From positions 128,001-192,000 of the forward strand of contig CAWEHK010000029.1 of NCBI GenBank assembly GCA_963808625.1: a stretch of DNA of 64,000 nucleotides, in the 5' to 3' direction. The number at the start of each line of letters is the position of its first letter. Within the stretch, counting starts at the first letter, position 1. The notes under the pieces are model-generated. The model was not told the DNA's origin, did no database searches, and worked only from the letters and a program-made list of their open reading frames with translations. A program made the translations under genes and the position numbers. This DNA comes from an uncultured delta proteobacterium. Lineage in GTDB: Bacteria; Desulfobacterota; Syntrophobacteria; Syntrophobacterales; Syntrophobacteraceae. Shown here one piece after another: positions 33,970-44,294 of the stretch.

Positions 33970-34323
33970 GGGGGCGAAACGGGTTCGACGGGGGTAAAGA
34001 AGCTTAGGTTGCATGCCGAGGTCCTGCCTGCTCGTTAAACGGACAGGGTCTAAAGACAAACGCAGACGATTACGCGTACGCCGCAGCCGCATAGGCGGCT
34101 GCCGTCCTTTTAGTCACTTCTCACGGGGCTAACGGGGCGTCGACTTAGTGAGATGGTTCCCGGTCAGGCGCCTGTGCGACCGGGGATGAAATTAAGCAGG
34201 CTAATCCTGGCGGGATCCTGCCCGTGGGAGCCTTTCAGGGTGAAAATCAAAATACGGGATAAGCATGTAGGAACCTAAGTGGAATGCTTTCGGACGCGGG
34301 TTCAACTCCCGCCGCCTCCACCA
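33970..34323 (+). ncRNA. ssrA: tmRNA; tag ADDYAYAAAA at 34062-34094
   Basis: GGGGGCG...GGTTCGAC 5' end, GCGGGTTCAACTCCCGCCGCCTCCACCA 3' end and internal tag ORF. Confidence 0.97.
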
Positions 34324-34827
34324 ACTGTTTGAGAGGGGTAGTATCTTGCCTGAGGTGGGGAATTCACTTTAAAGAAAGATCTGGGGCAGGAAATAGTTGT
34401 CTTGCATGGAGGTATCCCCCCTGTAACCGAGTTCATAAGCAAGCAGAAGCTCCTCGGTTTTGTTGATTTGGTAAATGATCCGTATTTGCCTGTCCTCATC
34501 CTCAAAGAAACCCTTCCACTCGCCCTCTAATCAATTGTTTGACCGGAAGCTTACCCTTTGCTCTCTCCTTTGAATCATGGCTCAGCGAAGGGGCCGCTCG
34601 AATAAGGGTCTGAGGACCAGGGACGACGTTATATCGTCGCTCAAATCCCCCTTTGACAAACTTTCACCGAACTTTCGCCAGGGCTGACAACATGGCGAAG
34701 AGGGAGCTGCCGGCTTTTTTGGCTCCAAGGCTTTCACCTTGACCTGATCCCACCCTTTTCTTACCATGACCATGAAACCGCGTCACCGGTTCTGAGTGAG
34801 ACGAAAGATATTCGGCGAAGGAGTCAT

Positions 34828-35748
34828 ATGAAAAACTCGGATTTATTGCAATCCCCTGGTCCACTCGTTGCCAACTCGGCAAGAAGAATATTCACTTTGG
34901 ACTCGTGGAAGCGCCTGTCCTTCAATTTGCTCCTGCTCACCACCGGGGCCTGCGTGTTTGCCGTTGGCTTGAATGGGATCCTGATTCCAAAGCAATTCCT
35001 CAGCGGCGGGGTTATCGGTGTTGCGCTTATTGCCCACTATCTCATGCCGACGCTGAACACCGGTTTCATCTATTTCCTTCTCAATATCCCGTTGATTGTT
35101 GTTGGCTGGTTCTGCGTCAGCAGGAAATTCATTCTCTACACGGCGTACGGGATGATCGCTTACTCTTTGGCTGCAGCCTTCCTTGTTCCCCACCTCCCGC
35201 CGATAGAGAACCCCATTCTTGCAGCGGTATTGGGGGGTATCGTCTGCGGTCTTGGAGTGGGAATCACGCTCCGGTCCCAGGGCTCCGGGGGAGGCCTCGA
35301 TATCCCGGCGGTCTATCTCCACAAGAAACTGCAACTCAGAATGGGATGGACTTCATCCCTTGGCAATACGCTGGTCCTTGCGGTGGGCGCCTACTTCTTT
35401 GGGCTGGAACCGGCCCTTTATTCGTTTCTCTATGTCTACACCAGCGGCAAAGTTGTGGACTCGGTAATCACCGGCTTTAATCAGCGCAAGTCCATCATGA
35501 TTATCTCGGACTTTTCGCAAGCCATTGCCGAGCACATTATGGCCGAACTGAACCGGGGTGTGACGTTTCTGAATGGCACGGGGGCCTACACGGGACAGCA
35601 CAAAGAAGTGATTTTCAGCATCATCACGTTGACCGAGCTGGCCAAGATGAAGGAGATGGTGTTTGACATCGATCCAAACGCGTTCATGGTCGTAAACGAT
35701 ACCCTGGAAGTCCTTGGAAAGAGGCACGGAACGCGAAGAGTCTACTGA
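34828..35748 (+). CDS. YitT-family membrane protein
   Basis: SGG.IG, LNIPL, G.G......GS.GGLD, RGVT...G.GAYTG and DPNAF motifs. Confidence 0.9.
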   Translation: MKNSDLLQSPGPLVANSARRIFTLDSWKRLSFNLLLLTTGACVFAVGLNGILIPKQFLSGGVIGVALIAHYLMPTLNTGFIYFLLNIPLIVVGWFCVSRKFILYTAYGMIAYSLAAAFLVPHLPPIENPILAAVLGGIVCGLGVGITLRSQGSGGGLDIPAVYLHKKLQLRMGWTSSLGNTLVLAVGAYFFGLEPALYSFLYVYTSGKVVDSVITGFNQRKSIMIISDFSQAIAEHIMAELNRGVTFLNGTGAYTGQHKEVIFSIITLTELAKMKEMVFDIDPNAFMVVNDTLEVLGKRHGTRRVY

Positions 35749-35993
35749 TCATAGTGTTGACCGCAACCGGTCGTTATTTCAGTCTTGAATGGCGCGTGGC
35801 GGCGCGTGCTCCATTGCCGAAAAAGGAAAGTTTTGTTATTCTCACAAACCGCGGCTTCCACCTGACATCAGGCATAAGGCGTGGAGCATGGCATAGACGG
35901 TGCGGTTCATGCTCGTGGATGGCAACGAACTTTCATGTGCCTTCGGTGCAACCGACATCATGAAAAGATCCAGAGGAAGAGAAAGGAAAAATA

Positions 35994-36191
35994 ATGCCGA
36001 AAGTCGGATTGAACCATTGGGATATTCTAAAGGAAGGAGGATTTACCGCCCTGTGCGTTGATTGGAATGCGGATGGCAGCGAGGAGATCTGCGATTTGAT
36101 GATTGACCCGGGTTTTGGTGCGCCCGAATGCCTTGCCTGCCGGCAAGCCTACCGCAAGGATGAAGAAGGAAACATCGAATATTTCCGGTAG
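35994..36191 (+). CDS. Small Cys-containing hypothetical protein
   Basis: 65 aa, AAGGA RBS, four Cys including CLAC; ends 8 nt before typA. Confidence 0.55.
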   Translation: MPKVGLNHWDILKEGGFTALCVDWNADGSEEICDLMIDPGFGAPECLACRQAYRKDEEGNIEYFR

Positions 36192-36199
36192 GGAGTGCC

Positions 36200-38032
36200 A
36201 TGCTCGGTCATACACGGCAGGATTTGCGCAATTTAGCCATTATTGCCCATGTTGATCATGGCAAGACCACACTTGTGGACGCCATGCTCTGGCAGAGCGG
36301 GGTTTTTCGGGACAACGCCCAGGTTGCCGAACGGGTCATGGACAGCCTTGATCTTGAACGGGAAAAAGGCATCACCATCATGGCGAAGAACACCGCCATC
36401 GTCTACAAAGGGGTAAAAATCAACATTGTGGATACCCCGGGCCATGCCGATTTCGGCGGTGAGGTCGAGCGCACGCTTAACATGGTTGACGGCGTCATGC
36501 TCCTGGTTGATGCCACCGAAGGCCCGCTTCCGCAGACCCGGTTCGTGCTCGGCAAAGCGCTGGCGCGAGGGCTGCCACCCATCGTGGTGATCAACAAGAT
36601 CGACCGGCCGGACCGTCGCATCCAGGAGGTCCTGGACGAAGTCTACGATCTCTTTATCGATCTCGATGCCACGGAAGATCAGCTCGACTTTCCGGTGCTC
36701 TACACCAATGCCAAGGCCGGCATCGCTCTGGACGATCCGGATGGCCGGGGACGAGACCTGGTCCCGCTGTTCGAGGCCATCCTCGCCGCCATCCCCGCAC
36801 CCTCGTACGATCCTGAAGCGCCGCTTCAGTTCTTGGTCACCAACTTGCAGCACAGTGACTACGTTGGCAGAATCGCCGTCGGCAAGGTCGTCAATGGGGC
36901 GTTGCGCTATAACCAGGCGGTGGCGTTGCTCAAGGCGGAGAGCCCGCCGCGCCGCGCCTCTCTCAGTGTGGTGTACACCTATGAAGGGCTCGAGCGGGTG
37001 GAACGGGACGAGGTGCGTGCCGGCGATATTGCCGCAGTGGCCGGCGTGGAGGACATTTTTATCGGCGATACCCTGGGCGACCTGGCTGATCCGCGGGCTT
37101 TGCCCGTCATCACCGTGGAAGAGCCGACCATGTCGATGGTCTTCTCCGTCAACACCTCTTCCCTCGCGGGCAAGGACGGCGGGCGGTTTTTGACCTCGCG
37201 ACACATCAAGGAGCGCCTGGACAAGGAGCTCCTCTACAACGTGAGCCTCCGGGTCGAGCAGGCGGAAAATCGCGATTCCTACCGGGTGAGCGCCAGAGGG
37301 GAGCTGCAACTGGCGGTGCTGGTGGAGACGATGCGGCGGGAGGGCTTTGAAGTGTCCCTTTCGAATCCGAGGATCATCACCCGGGAGGTAGACGGTAAAA
37401 CGTGCGAACCCATGGAACTCGCCGTGATTGATGTACCTGAGAAGTTTGTCGGGATTGTCACGGAAATGCTGAGCTCCCGCCGGGGCCAGATGACGAAGAT
37501 GATCAACAACGGCTTCGGACGGGTACGCCTGGAATTCGAAATCACGTCCCGGGGTCTGATTGGTTTTCGCAGCCAGTTTCTGACCGACACGCGCGGCACC
37601 GGGATCTTGAACACCATCCTCATTGGCCACATGCCGCATGCCGGGGAGATCGCCGGCCGGCCAAACGGCGTCATGGTCTCCGACCGCGACGGGCGGGCCG
37701 TGGCCTACGCCATATTTCATCTCCAGCCGCGCGGCACGATCTTCGTCAACCCCGGTGATCCGGTCTATACCGGGATGATCGTCGGCGAGAACTCCCGGTC
37801 GGAAGACCTCTGGGTGAACATTACCAAGGAAAAGAAGCTCACCAACATCCGCGCCTCCGGCACCGACGAAGCCCTGCGCCTCATCCCGCCCCGCCAATTC
37901 ACCCTCGAACAGGCCATGGAATACATCAGCGACGATGAACTGGTGGAAGTGACGCCGAAATCCATCCGGCTTCGCAAAGAAGGGGCGATAGTTCGTGAGA
38001 TGCGATGCCCTCCTTGCCCAGGATGCGGTTGA
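36200..38032 (+). CDS. typA: Translational GTPase TypA/BipA
   Basis: [32 protein letters not shown] and [11 protein letters not shown]. Confidence 0.97.
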   Translation: MLGHTRQDLRNLAIIAHVDHGKTTLVDAMLWQSGVFRDNAQVAERVMDSLDLEREKGITIMAKNTAIVYKGVKINIVDTPGHADFGGEVERTLNMVDGVMLLVDATEGPLPQTRFVLGKALARGLPPIVVINKIDRPDRRIQEVLDEVYDLFIDLDATEDQLDFPVLYTNAKAGIALDDPDGRGRDLVPLFEAILAAIPAPSYDPEAPLQFLVTNLQHSDYVGRIAVGKVVNGALRYNQAVALLKAESPPRRASLSVVYTYEGLERVERDEVRAGDIAAVAGVEDIFIGDTLGDLADPRALPVITVEEPTMSMVFSVNTSSLAGKDGGRFLTSRHIKERLDKELLYNVSLRVEQAENRDSYRVSARGELQLAVLVETMRREGFEVSLSNPRIITREVDGKTCEPMELAVIDVPEKFVGIVTEMLSSRRGQMTKMINNGFGRVRLEFEITSRGLIGFRSQFLTDTRGTGILNTILIGHMPHAGEIAGRPNGVMVSDRDGRAVAYAIFHLQPRGTIFVNPGDPVYTGMIVGENSRSEDLWVNITKEKKLTNIRASGTDEALRLIPPRQFTLEQAMEYISDDELVEVTPKSIRLRKEGAIVREMRCPPCPGCG

Positions 38033-38094
38033 GCTTGCCTCTGTCAAGCCGGACCCGTCCGACGTCGCCAGCCAACCATAACGATTGGCTGGAG

Positions 38095-38521
38095 TCAAGA
38101 CCAGTTGCCAAGCCAGACTACGTTGGGGAAGGCCGCTCGAATCGAGTTCACCAGTCTTTCGTCTGCGGTTACAAATCGGCATCGCTCTCTGGTACTTAAC
38201 GCCAGATAGAGGGCGTCGTACACGGTCCGCTGGTGGCTACGGCCAGGCGATAGGCTTCATTCAGCAGCAGGGCGGTTGACGTAAGTTCGAATGTCAGCAT
38301 CCGAAAAGCATCGATAATGAGTTGCGCATCAGTGGCTGTCAAACCCTGGAACATCTGCTTTTTCCATATGATATTGCCCACCTCCGCATTGATCAAATCA
38401 GGAGCAAGAAAGTTGAGCACACCTGTCCGGTAGCCATTCAGGAGGAGATGTGCTGGGGGCTGTACGGTTCCACCACAAACCACTTCACCGCCACGCTGCT
38501 GTCAACAACGAGCTTCTCCAT
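38095..38521 (-). pseudogene. vapC: VapC PIN-domain toxin, two frameshifts (about 38455 and 38235)
   Basis: Reconstructed MEKLVVDSSVAVKW...APDLINAEVGN...TVYDALYLAL...FVTADERL. Confidence 0.75.
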
Positions 38522-38524
38522 TTC

Positions 38525-38761
38525 TTAGCGCGCCCGATCTTCACGTACTAGCGCGGTGCTGTCCGCCATCTCACCATAGACTGTAAAAAGGTGTTCACGT
38601 AAGGCATCGATCTGGTGGACAGCCTCTTCACGGCGGCGCAACTCGGCTTCTTCGGACTGCCAAACATCGAGCAGTTGCTCGATGCTGTCAAAGCCACGCG
38701 CTCTCGCGACAACTTGCAAGCGAGCGTACAGTGCATTAGAAATCCTGAGAGTTCGTGCCAT
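38525..38761 (-). CDS. Putative VapB-type antitoxin (RHH-like)
   Basis: 78 aa, RTLRIS..LY.RL N-terminus and DST.LVREDR C-terminus; 3 nt upstream of vapC. Confidence 0.7.
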   Translation of the reverse strand: MARTLRISNALYARLQVVARARGFDSIEQLLDVWQSEEAELRRREEAVHQIDALREHLFTVYGEMADSTALVREDRAR

Positions 38762-38904
38762 CGGGGGACTCCTTTCTGCTCGTGAGTATGCACAACATCG
38801 AGGATGCCGATTGAGCTTGTTTTTGTCAAGCCGAACCGCTCGTCAGTTTTTGTCGAATCAGAGTTGTCACCTGATTCGAAGGAAAAACTTCTACAAAAAG
38901 GAGC

Positions 38905-38932
38905 TTGCCATTTGGGATTGTGGCGCTATAAT
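38905..38932 (+). promoter_or_regulatory. Sigma70 promoter upstream of the DEAD-box helicase
   Basis: TTGCCA-N16-TATAAT. Confidence 0.6.
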
Positions 38933-39308
38933 GCAGCACTAATTGTTTGAGACCTTGGTAGGAATGGTTTTACGGATCGCTTTCGTTTTTCCCTGCCATC
39001 AGGCATCATCGATCACTGACCCCATAAGCCAGCTTTTCTTTTGCGGCAGCACATCAGGTTGGCGACGATGTTTCAGGCCAGTCGTCTCATATGTGCTGCA
39101 GTCGCAAGCGCCCTCGCGGTGCGCTGTTTCCTCCTGCAGTCCGATAGTTTCAACCTTTAACGGCGTTTCTGGTCCGGGCCGCCCGTTGCTGCGCCTTTTG
39201 GGGCGGGGTTCGGGCGTGCGCGCGGTTTTATGCCGGCATCGAGAATGGTCTCGTGATCCGCTGAAGTCGCCCGGTTCGGATTCGGAAACGATAAGGATTT
39301 CACTTTAT

Positions 39309-40715
39309 ATGTCTTTTGAAGAACTGCAATTGCTTCCACCCATTCTCAAGGCCCTTGCGCAATGCGGCCACCACAAGCCAACACAGGTCCAGGCCGAGGC
39401 CATTCCCAAGGTCCTTGCCGGACGCGACGTCATCGCCTCCGCGCAGACCGGGACCGGAAAGACCGCCGCGTTCGTGCTGCCCGCGCTTCAGCGTTTATCG
39501 GCAGATCCCTCCGGGCGCAGACGCGGTCCGCGCGTGCTGGTGCTCACTCCCACCCGCGAACTGGCCGACCAGATCACCCAGGCCACCCGCATCTACGGCA
39601 AATATCTGCGTGTCAAGAGTGTCGCCATTTTCGGCGGCATGCCCTTTGGTGAACAGATCAGGGCACTTTCCCAGTCGCCGGAAATGATCATCGCGACGCC
39701 CGGAAGGTTGCTCGACCACATGGGGCGCAGACTGATCGATCTGTCCCACGTGGAGATGTTCGTCCTGGATGAAGCCGACCGCATGCTCGATATGGGCTTC
39801 ATCGACGATGTTGAGCGGATTTCCGACGCGGTTCCGGAGGGTTGCCAGACGCTCTTGTTTGCGGCGACCATGGGGGATGCCACGACCAAACTGGCGCAGC
39901 GGCTGATGAAGGACCCGGAGCGGATCCGGGTGGCGCCCGGCACGATCACTCATGATACCATCGAACAGCGCTTGCACGTGGCCGACAACATTCAGCACAA
40001 AAACCGGCTGCTTCAGCACCTCTGTGCAGAGAATGCGGTGACCAAAGCGATCATCTTTTCCGCTACCAGACGCGACGCGGACAGCCTCGCCCGCGATCTC
40101 AACAGGCAGGGACACGCTGCGGCAGCCCTCCATGGGGACATGACGCAAAACGCTCGCAACCGTACGATGGTGAACATGCACCGCGGCAAAATCAGGCTCC
40201 TGGTGGCTACGGACGTTGCTGCGCGCGGCCTTGACATCATGGGAATCAGCCACGTCATCAATTTTGACCTGCCGCGCTCCGCCGAAGATTACGTCAACCG
40301 CATCGGGCGGACCGGCCGGAACGGTGAGTCAGGGGTGGCGATCTCCTTTGCCTCCCAGGGCGAGCTCGCTTATCTCGACCGTATTGAACGCTACATCGGG
40401 AAGGCCCTGACCATGCACGTCATTCCCGGCCTGGAACCGAACTATCCGTTACACCGGCTGAGCAGCGGGCATAGCGGCAAGAGCAGCAGCCTGGCGGCGT
40501 TCGCGGCGGCAAACACCGGCCCCCGCAACAATGGCAGGTCTACCCGCCGCTCCTTCGGCTACAAAGAAACCGGAGGCGCCAGCAGCTATTCCGGAAACGG
40601 CAGACGGAGGGCACCCAAAAGGGATACGGACGTGACCGTCGAATATCGCAACGGAAGATCGGGCGAAGCAGGTCACGCGGAGGGTCGAAGACCGGGGAAG
40701 AAAGGTTTCTTCTAG
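39309..40715 (+). CDS. DEAD-box RNA helicase (RhlE-like)
   Basis: AQTGTGKT, PTRELA, TPGRLLD, DEADRMLDMGF, ATDVAARGLD and RIGRTGR; basic C-terminal tail. Confidence 0.95.
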   Translation: MSFEELQLLPPILKALAQCGHHKPTQVQAEAIPKVLAGRDVIASAQTGTGKTAAFVLPALQRLSADPSGRRRGPRVLVLTPTRELADQITQATRIYGKYLRVKSVAIFGGMPFGEQIRALSQSPEMIIATPGRLLDHMGRRLIDLSHVEMFVLDEADRMLDMGFIDDVERISDAVPEGCQTLLFAATMGDATTKLAQRLMKDPERIRVAPGTITHDTIEQRLHVADNIQHKNRLLQHLCAENAVTKAIIFSATRRDADSLARDLNRQGHAAAALHGDMTQNARNRTMVNMHRGKIRLLVATDVAARGLDIMGISHVINFDLPRSAEDYVNRIGRTGRNGESGVAISFASQGELAYLDRIERYIGKALTMHVIPGLEPNYPLHRLSSGHSGKSSSLAAFAAANTGPRNNGRSTRRSFGYKETGGASSYSGNGRRRAPKRDTDVTVEYRNGRSGEAGHAEGRRPGKKGFF

Positions 40716-40828
40716 AGAAACACCGTGGAGAGCGCAGAGAAAGATTCCTGGGAAGGAACTCTGCGCCCTCTGCCAAAACAAGCCGTAGCAAACAGCCTGC
40801 CCATAAACAAGGAAATCAGGCTGACCTG

Positions 40829-43636
40829 TCAGTCGCTCACGCCAATGGTGAAATTATCGTCGCTCGCATCGCTCACGTCTTTGCCGGTAGTTATAGAAAT
40901 TCTGTAATTTTCTGCCGGTACTCTGGATAACGGAACTTTCCAGCTATAGGAGCCGGTCCCACCAGTACCGATGGGGCTGGAGGCGCTGAGGGTGCTCACC
41001 GCCGCCCCGCCCATAAGCAACTCGATTCGCACGACGGACCCCGGGCTTCCCTGATACGACCACTTGATCGTCTGGGTGGTCCCCTGAGGCCAGATCTCAC
41101 CGCCGTTTGGTGCAACCACACTGATGGCGGGCAGAGTCTCTACGGTAATGTAGTCTGTCCTGACTTTGGTACTACTTCCGCCAGGACCGCTAACGGTCAG
41201 GGAAACGGCGTATTTGCCAGGGTTGGCATAGGCGTGGGTGAGGCTTTTTTTGGAGGAGGTCTGGCCGTCCCCAAAATCCCACTGCCAGGTGGAGATGTCT
41301 CCCTTCGAGGCGTTGGCGAACTTGACAGCCAGTGGCGCTACACCCCGCAACGGTTTTGCGGAAAAATCGGCAACCGCTGGAACAAAGTTGGTGTTATTGA
41401 GCTTGGTCACAAACGCATCCCATTCCCCGGCTTTTGTCGGTTGGAGTGCCGCTGGCGTGACCAGAAAGTCATCGGAATGTGTCCATCCGGTGACGTAAGC
41501 ATAGCCGCTTGCGTCCACGGCAATGGCTCGAGCGTAATCGTCTTTGGAACCACCCAGATAACTGGAATAGACCAAGGTGTTCCCAGCAGCCTCAAGCTTG
41601 GCCACAAAAGCGTCCCATACTCCCACTTGTTGGCTCTGAAATGCTTTTACCAGGGGGAAATCAACCGAGGTGGTGTACCCTGACACGTAAACGTTGAACG
41701 CTGCGTCGACCGCAATACCGGAACCATAGTCGGTGGCCTTTCCCCCAAGATAGGTGGAGTAGGCGAGAGCGCTGCCGGCCGGGGTCAACTTCGTTACAAA
41801 AGCGTCGTAATAGCCGGCATTCTGGCCGTGATTCGGAATCGGATTCATAACGGGAAAGTCCTGCGAGCGGGTGGCCCCCGTGACATAGGCGCTACCGGTA
41901 ACATCGACCGCAATCCCTTTGCCCTCATCCAGGTCGGTTCCGCCGAGATAGGTTGAATATACCAGCGCGTCCCCCAGCGGGTTCATTTTCAGGACAAAAG
42001 CGTCCTCGATGCCCTGCCGGTCATTCTGGAAAGGATTTTCGAGAAGGAAGTTCGCCGACCGGGTCACCCCTGTTATGTAAGCATTTCCGGAAGAATCCAC
42101 AGCGATAGCGGTGCCTCCATCGAGGTCGCTTCCCCCGAGGTAGGACGAATAAATGAGCGGCTTTCCACTGACATCGAGCTTGGCAACAAAGGCATCGGAT
42201 TCGCCACCGGCGAAAACGGCCTGAAAAGGTTTCATCAGGGGAAAGTTCTTCGAGCTCGTTCTCCCGGTTATGAAAGCGTTGCCGGCAGAGTCAACAGCGA
42301 TGGAGGTAGCGCCATCTCTCGCACTGCCTCCGAGGTAGGTTGAATAGACCAGAGCATTTCCGGCGGGACCAAGTTTCGTCACAAACGCATCATAGTCGCC
42401 GCCCCTGGCTTTCTGGATGGCATTCTTCCTGGGGAAGTTGGTGGAAGTGGTATAACCCGCTACGTAGGCGCTGCCCGTTGCATCCAGGGCTATTCCATAC
42501 CCGTAGTTACGGCCGTTCCCGCCAAGGTAGGTTGAATAAACCAGGGCCGTTCCTGCGGCATCCAGTTTAGTGATGAAAACCTTGGCATAGGCGCTGGTAT
42601 AAGGCCCATGGAACGGCTCCTTGGTCGGGAAATCAACGGAGAGGGTACAACCCGTCAGATAGACATTGCTGGCAGCATCCACAGCCAAAGCATAGCCGTA
42701 ATCGCTGCCGGTCCCTCCGAGGTAGCTGGAATAAATCAGAATAGGGTCGATAATTAGGGGATATTTCTTGTCGTAAGAAGCCACTTCAAAGCCGACGACA
42801 TAAGGTTGATCGTCTCCTTTTGAAGGGCTTGATCGGACAGCTTCCGGGCGCCCTTCACACCCCGATAGGGAGATGGAGCTTGAAGGAGCATCGTTGGTGC
42901 GACTCTTGAGACAGAAATTGCCCGCCAGATCGACACGCTTTCCGTCGATCACCTGGTAGACCACGGGCGCCCTTTGGGCCATCACCAGCCCTTCACGCAC
43001 CTGGATCGTCAGGTCTCCCTTGTCGGTGATTTGAAGGTGATCAATCCCGGTGTACTGCAGCTTGACCTGCGAAAGGTCACCACCGGGCTTGACGATGATA
43101 TCGTACTCGAGATGCCTATTATTTCCGTAGAATTTAAAATCAACACCGGGATAGGCTTCCCCGTAAAGCACGGAACGATATGTCGGAATATCCCTACGCC
43201 ACTTTTCAGGCACGTCCCCGATGAAATAATTGACTCTGCCGGTTTGCGGCTCGTCGGCTGAGATCAATACATCGCGCCTCATGCCAAGGGGAGTGAGTTT
43301 GACGAGGTGCGAATTGGCCGCCTGTGGCTGTGGTTCTTCCTCTCGGAAGCTGGAAGGTCCTTGAAGCAATTCCTGGTCAGGGGCGGTAATGGCGAAAACG
43401 ATCCCATCATTGGTAAAAAATGTTTCATGCCCTCCCGAACTCTCATAGAACTTTACTCTGGGGTCCGTCTGTCCCTCATTGGGGACAAAAGAAAGCGGGA
43501 TTTTTCCGTACTCTTCCAAAAGATGTGATGCTTTTCCCCCGTTAACATTCGCTGTTGCAGGCTTGGAGAAGACCAGCATGGAGATGAGAACCGCAGCGAA
43601 GACAAAATCTCTCGACAGAAGATAACGCGCTTTCAT
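40829..43636 (-). CDS. Secreted SBBP beta-propeller repeat protein with PKD and C-terminal Ig-like domains
   Basis: Signal peptide; repeated YSTYLGG...IAVD..GN.YVTG.T.S.DFP...DAFVTK units; WDFGDG PKD motif; PNGGE.W..G motif. Confidence 0.88.
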   Translation of the reverse strand: MKARYLLSRDFVFAAVLISMLVFSKPATANVNGGKASHLLEEYGKIPLSFVPNEGQTDPRVKFYESSGGHETFFTNDGIVFAITAPDQELLQGPSSFREEEPQPQAANSHLVKLTPLGMRRDVLISADEPQTGRVNYFIGDVPEKWRRDIPTYRSVLYGEAYPGVDFKFYGNNRHLEYDIIVKPGGDLSQVKLQYTGIDHLQITDKGDLTIQVREGLVMAQRAPVVYQVIDGKRVDLAGNFCLKSRTNDAPSSSISLSGCEGRPEAVRSSPSKGDDQPYVVGFEVASYDKKYPLIIDPILIYSSYLGGTGSDYGYALAVDAASNVYLTGCTLSVDFPTKEPFHGPYTSAYAKVFITKLDAAGTALVYSTYLGGNGRNYGYGIALDATGSAYVAGYTTSTNFPRKNAIQKARGGDYDAFVTKLGPAGNALVYSTYLGGSARDGATSIAVDSAGNAFITGRTSSKNFPLMKPFQAVFAGGESDAFVAKLDVSGKPLIYSSYLGGSDLDGGTAIAVDSSGNAYITGVTRSANFLLENPFQNDRQGIEDAFVLKMNPLGDALVYSTYLGGTDLDEGKGIAVDVTGSAYVTGATRSQDFPVMNPIPNHGQNAGYYDAFVTKLTPAGSALAYSTYLGGKATDYGSGIAVDAAFNVYVSGYTTSVDFPLVKAFQSQQVGVWDAFVAKLEAAGNTLVYSSYLGGSKDDYARAIAVDASGYAYVTGWTHSDDFLVTPAALQPTKAGEWDAFVTKLNNTNFVPAVADFSAKPLRGVAPLAVKFANASKGDISTWQWDFGDGQTSSKKSLTHAYANPGKYAVSLTVSGPGGSSTKVRTDYITVETLPAISVVAPNGGEIWPQGTTQTIKWSYQGSPGSVVRIELLMGGAAVSTLSASSPIGTGGTGSYSWKVPLSRVPAENYRISITTGKDVSDASDDNFTIGVSD

Positions 43637-43786
43637 AATTCCTTCCTTTTGTTTCTTCGATACACACCACTCGACTCATCGAACCGGTTCCGGATCTTAT
43701 ACTTGATCGCTCGGGCACAGGGAAGAGTTTTCTTGCCGTGGCTCGTGACGACCACCTTTTGGTTCATGGTTTTCGGGCCTTGAGCG

Positions 43787-44290
43787 CTACTCTGCAAGTC
43801 TTGCGATGATCCAGCGATGTTCGGGGTAACTCTCGCTCAAGGATTCTCGGTCGGCCAATTCGAAGTCGTCGTAGTCGAAGCCGGGAGACACGGTGCACCC
43901 AACCAGGGAATACGATTGCGGATCATCGACCAGGGCCCCAAACCAGCATCCCGCTTCTATGGCAATTTGAAAGGTCTCGCCTCGTTCGGGGTTCCCTCCC
44001 AGCTTCCTCTGCGTGAGCGATCCCGATTGGTCGATAACATAGAGGGTTAGGGCGCTGCCGGCATAAAAATGCCATACCTCATCAGCTTTCAGTCGATGAA
44101 ATTTCGAGACTTCATCTCCCGGCAAGAGATAGAAAATGGCTGTCGAAAACGCCCGTGCGCCTTGGAATCTCTCGGGGAGGTGCTCCTCCTCGAGGCCTTC
44201 CTTTGACCGGAAAGTCCGCCTGAAATAGCCCCCCTCGGGATGCCTCGAGAGCCCTAATTGCTCGATCCAGTATAGAGCGTCTTTGGTCAT
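43787..44290 (-). CDS. Cupin_5 (DUF985) family protein
   Basis: HPEGGYF, TAIFYLL, HRL..DEVWHFY.G and VGCTVSPGFDY.DFE. Confidence 0.92.
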   Translation of the reverse strand: MTKDALYWIEQLGLSRHPEGGYFRRTFRSKEGLEEEHLPERFQGARAFSTAIFYLLPGDEVSKFHRLKADEVWHFYAGSALTLYVIDQSGSLTQRKLGGNPERGETFQIAIEAGCWFGALVDDPQSYSLVGCTVSPGFDYDDFELADRESLSESYPEHRWIIARLAE

Positions 44291-44294
44291 GGGC

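Noticed and set aside
34300..34560. Prophage or island integrated at ssrA (likewise at tRNA-Asp 51843-51919)
   Set aside because: No integrase and no duplicated 3' end found in the window.
36233..38182. 649-aa antisense ORF (also 18883-20763, 49345-50679, 55327-56853, 62066-63463)
   Set aside because: Shadow ORFs opposite well-supported genes, as expected from GC-rich codon bias.
38943..39308. 122-aa N-terminal extension of the DEAD-box helicase
   Set aside because: No RBS and no helicase similarity; MSFEEL at 39309 is the canonical start.
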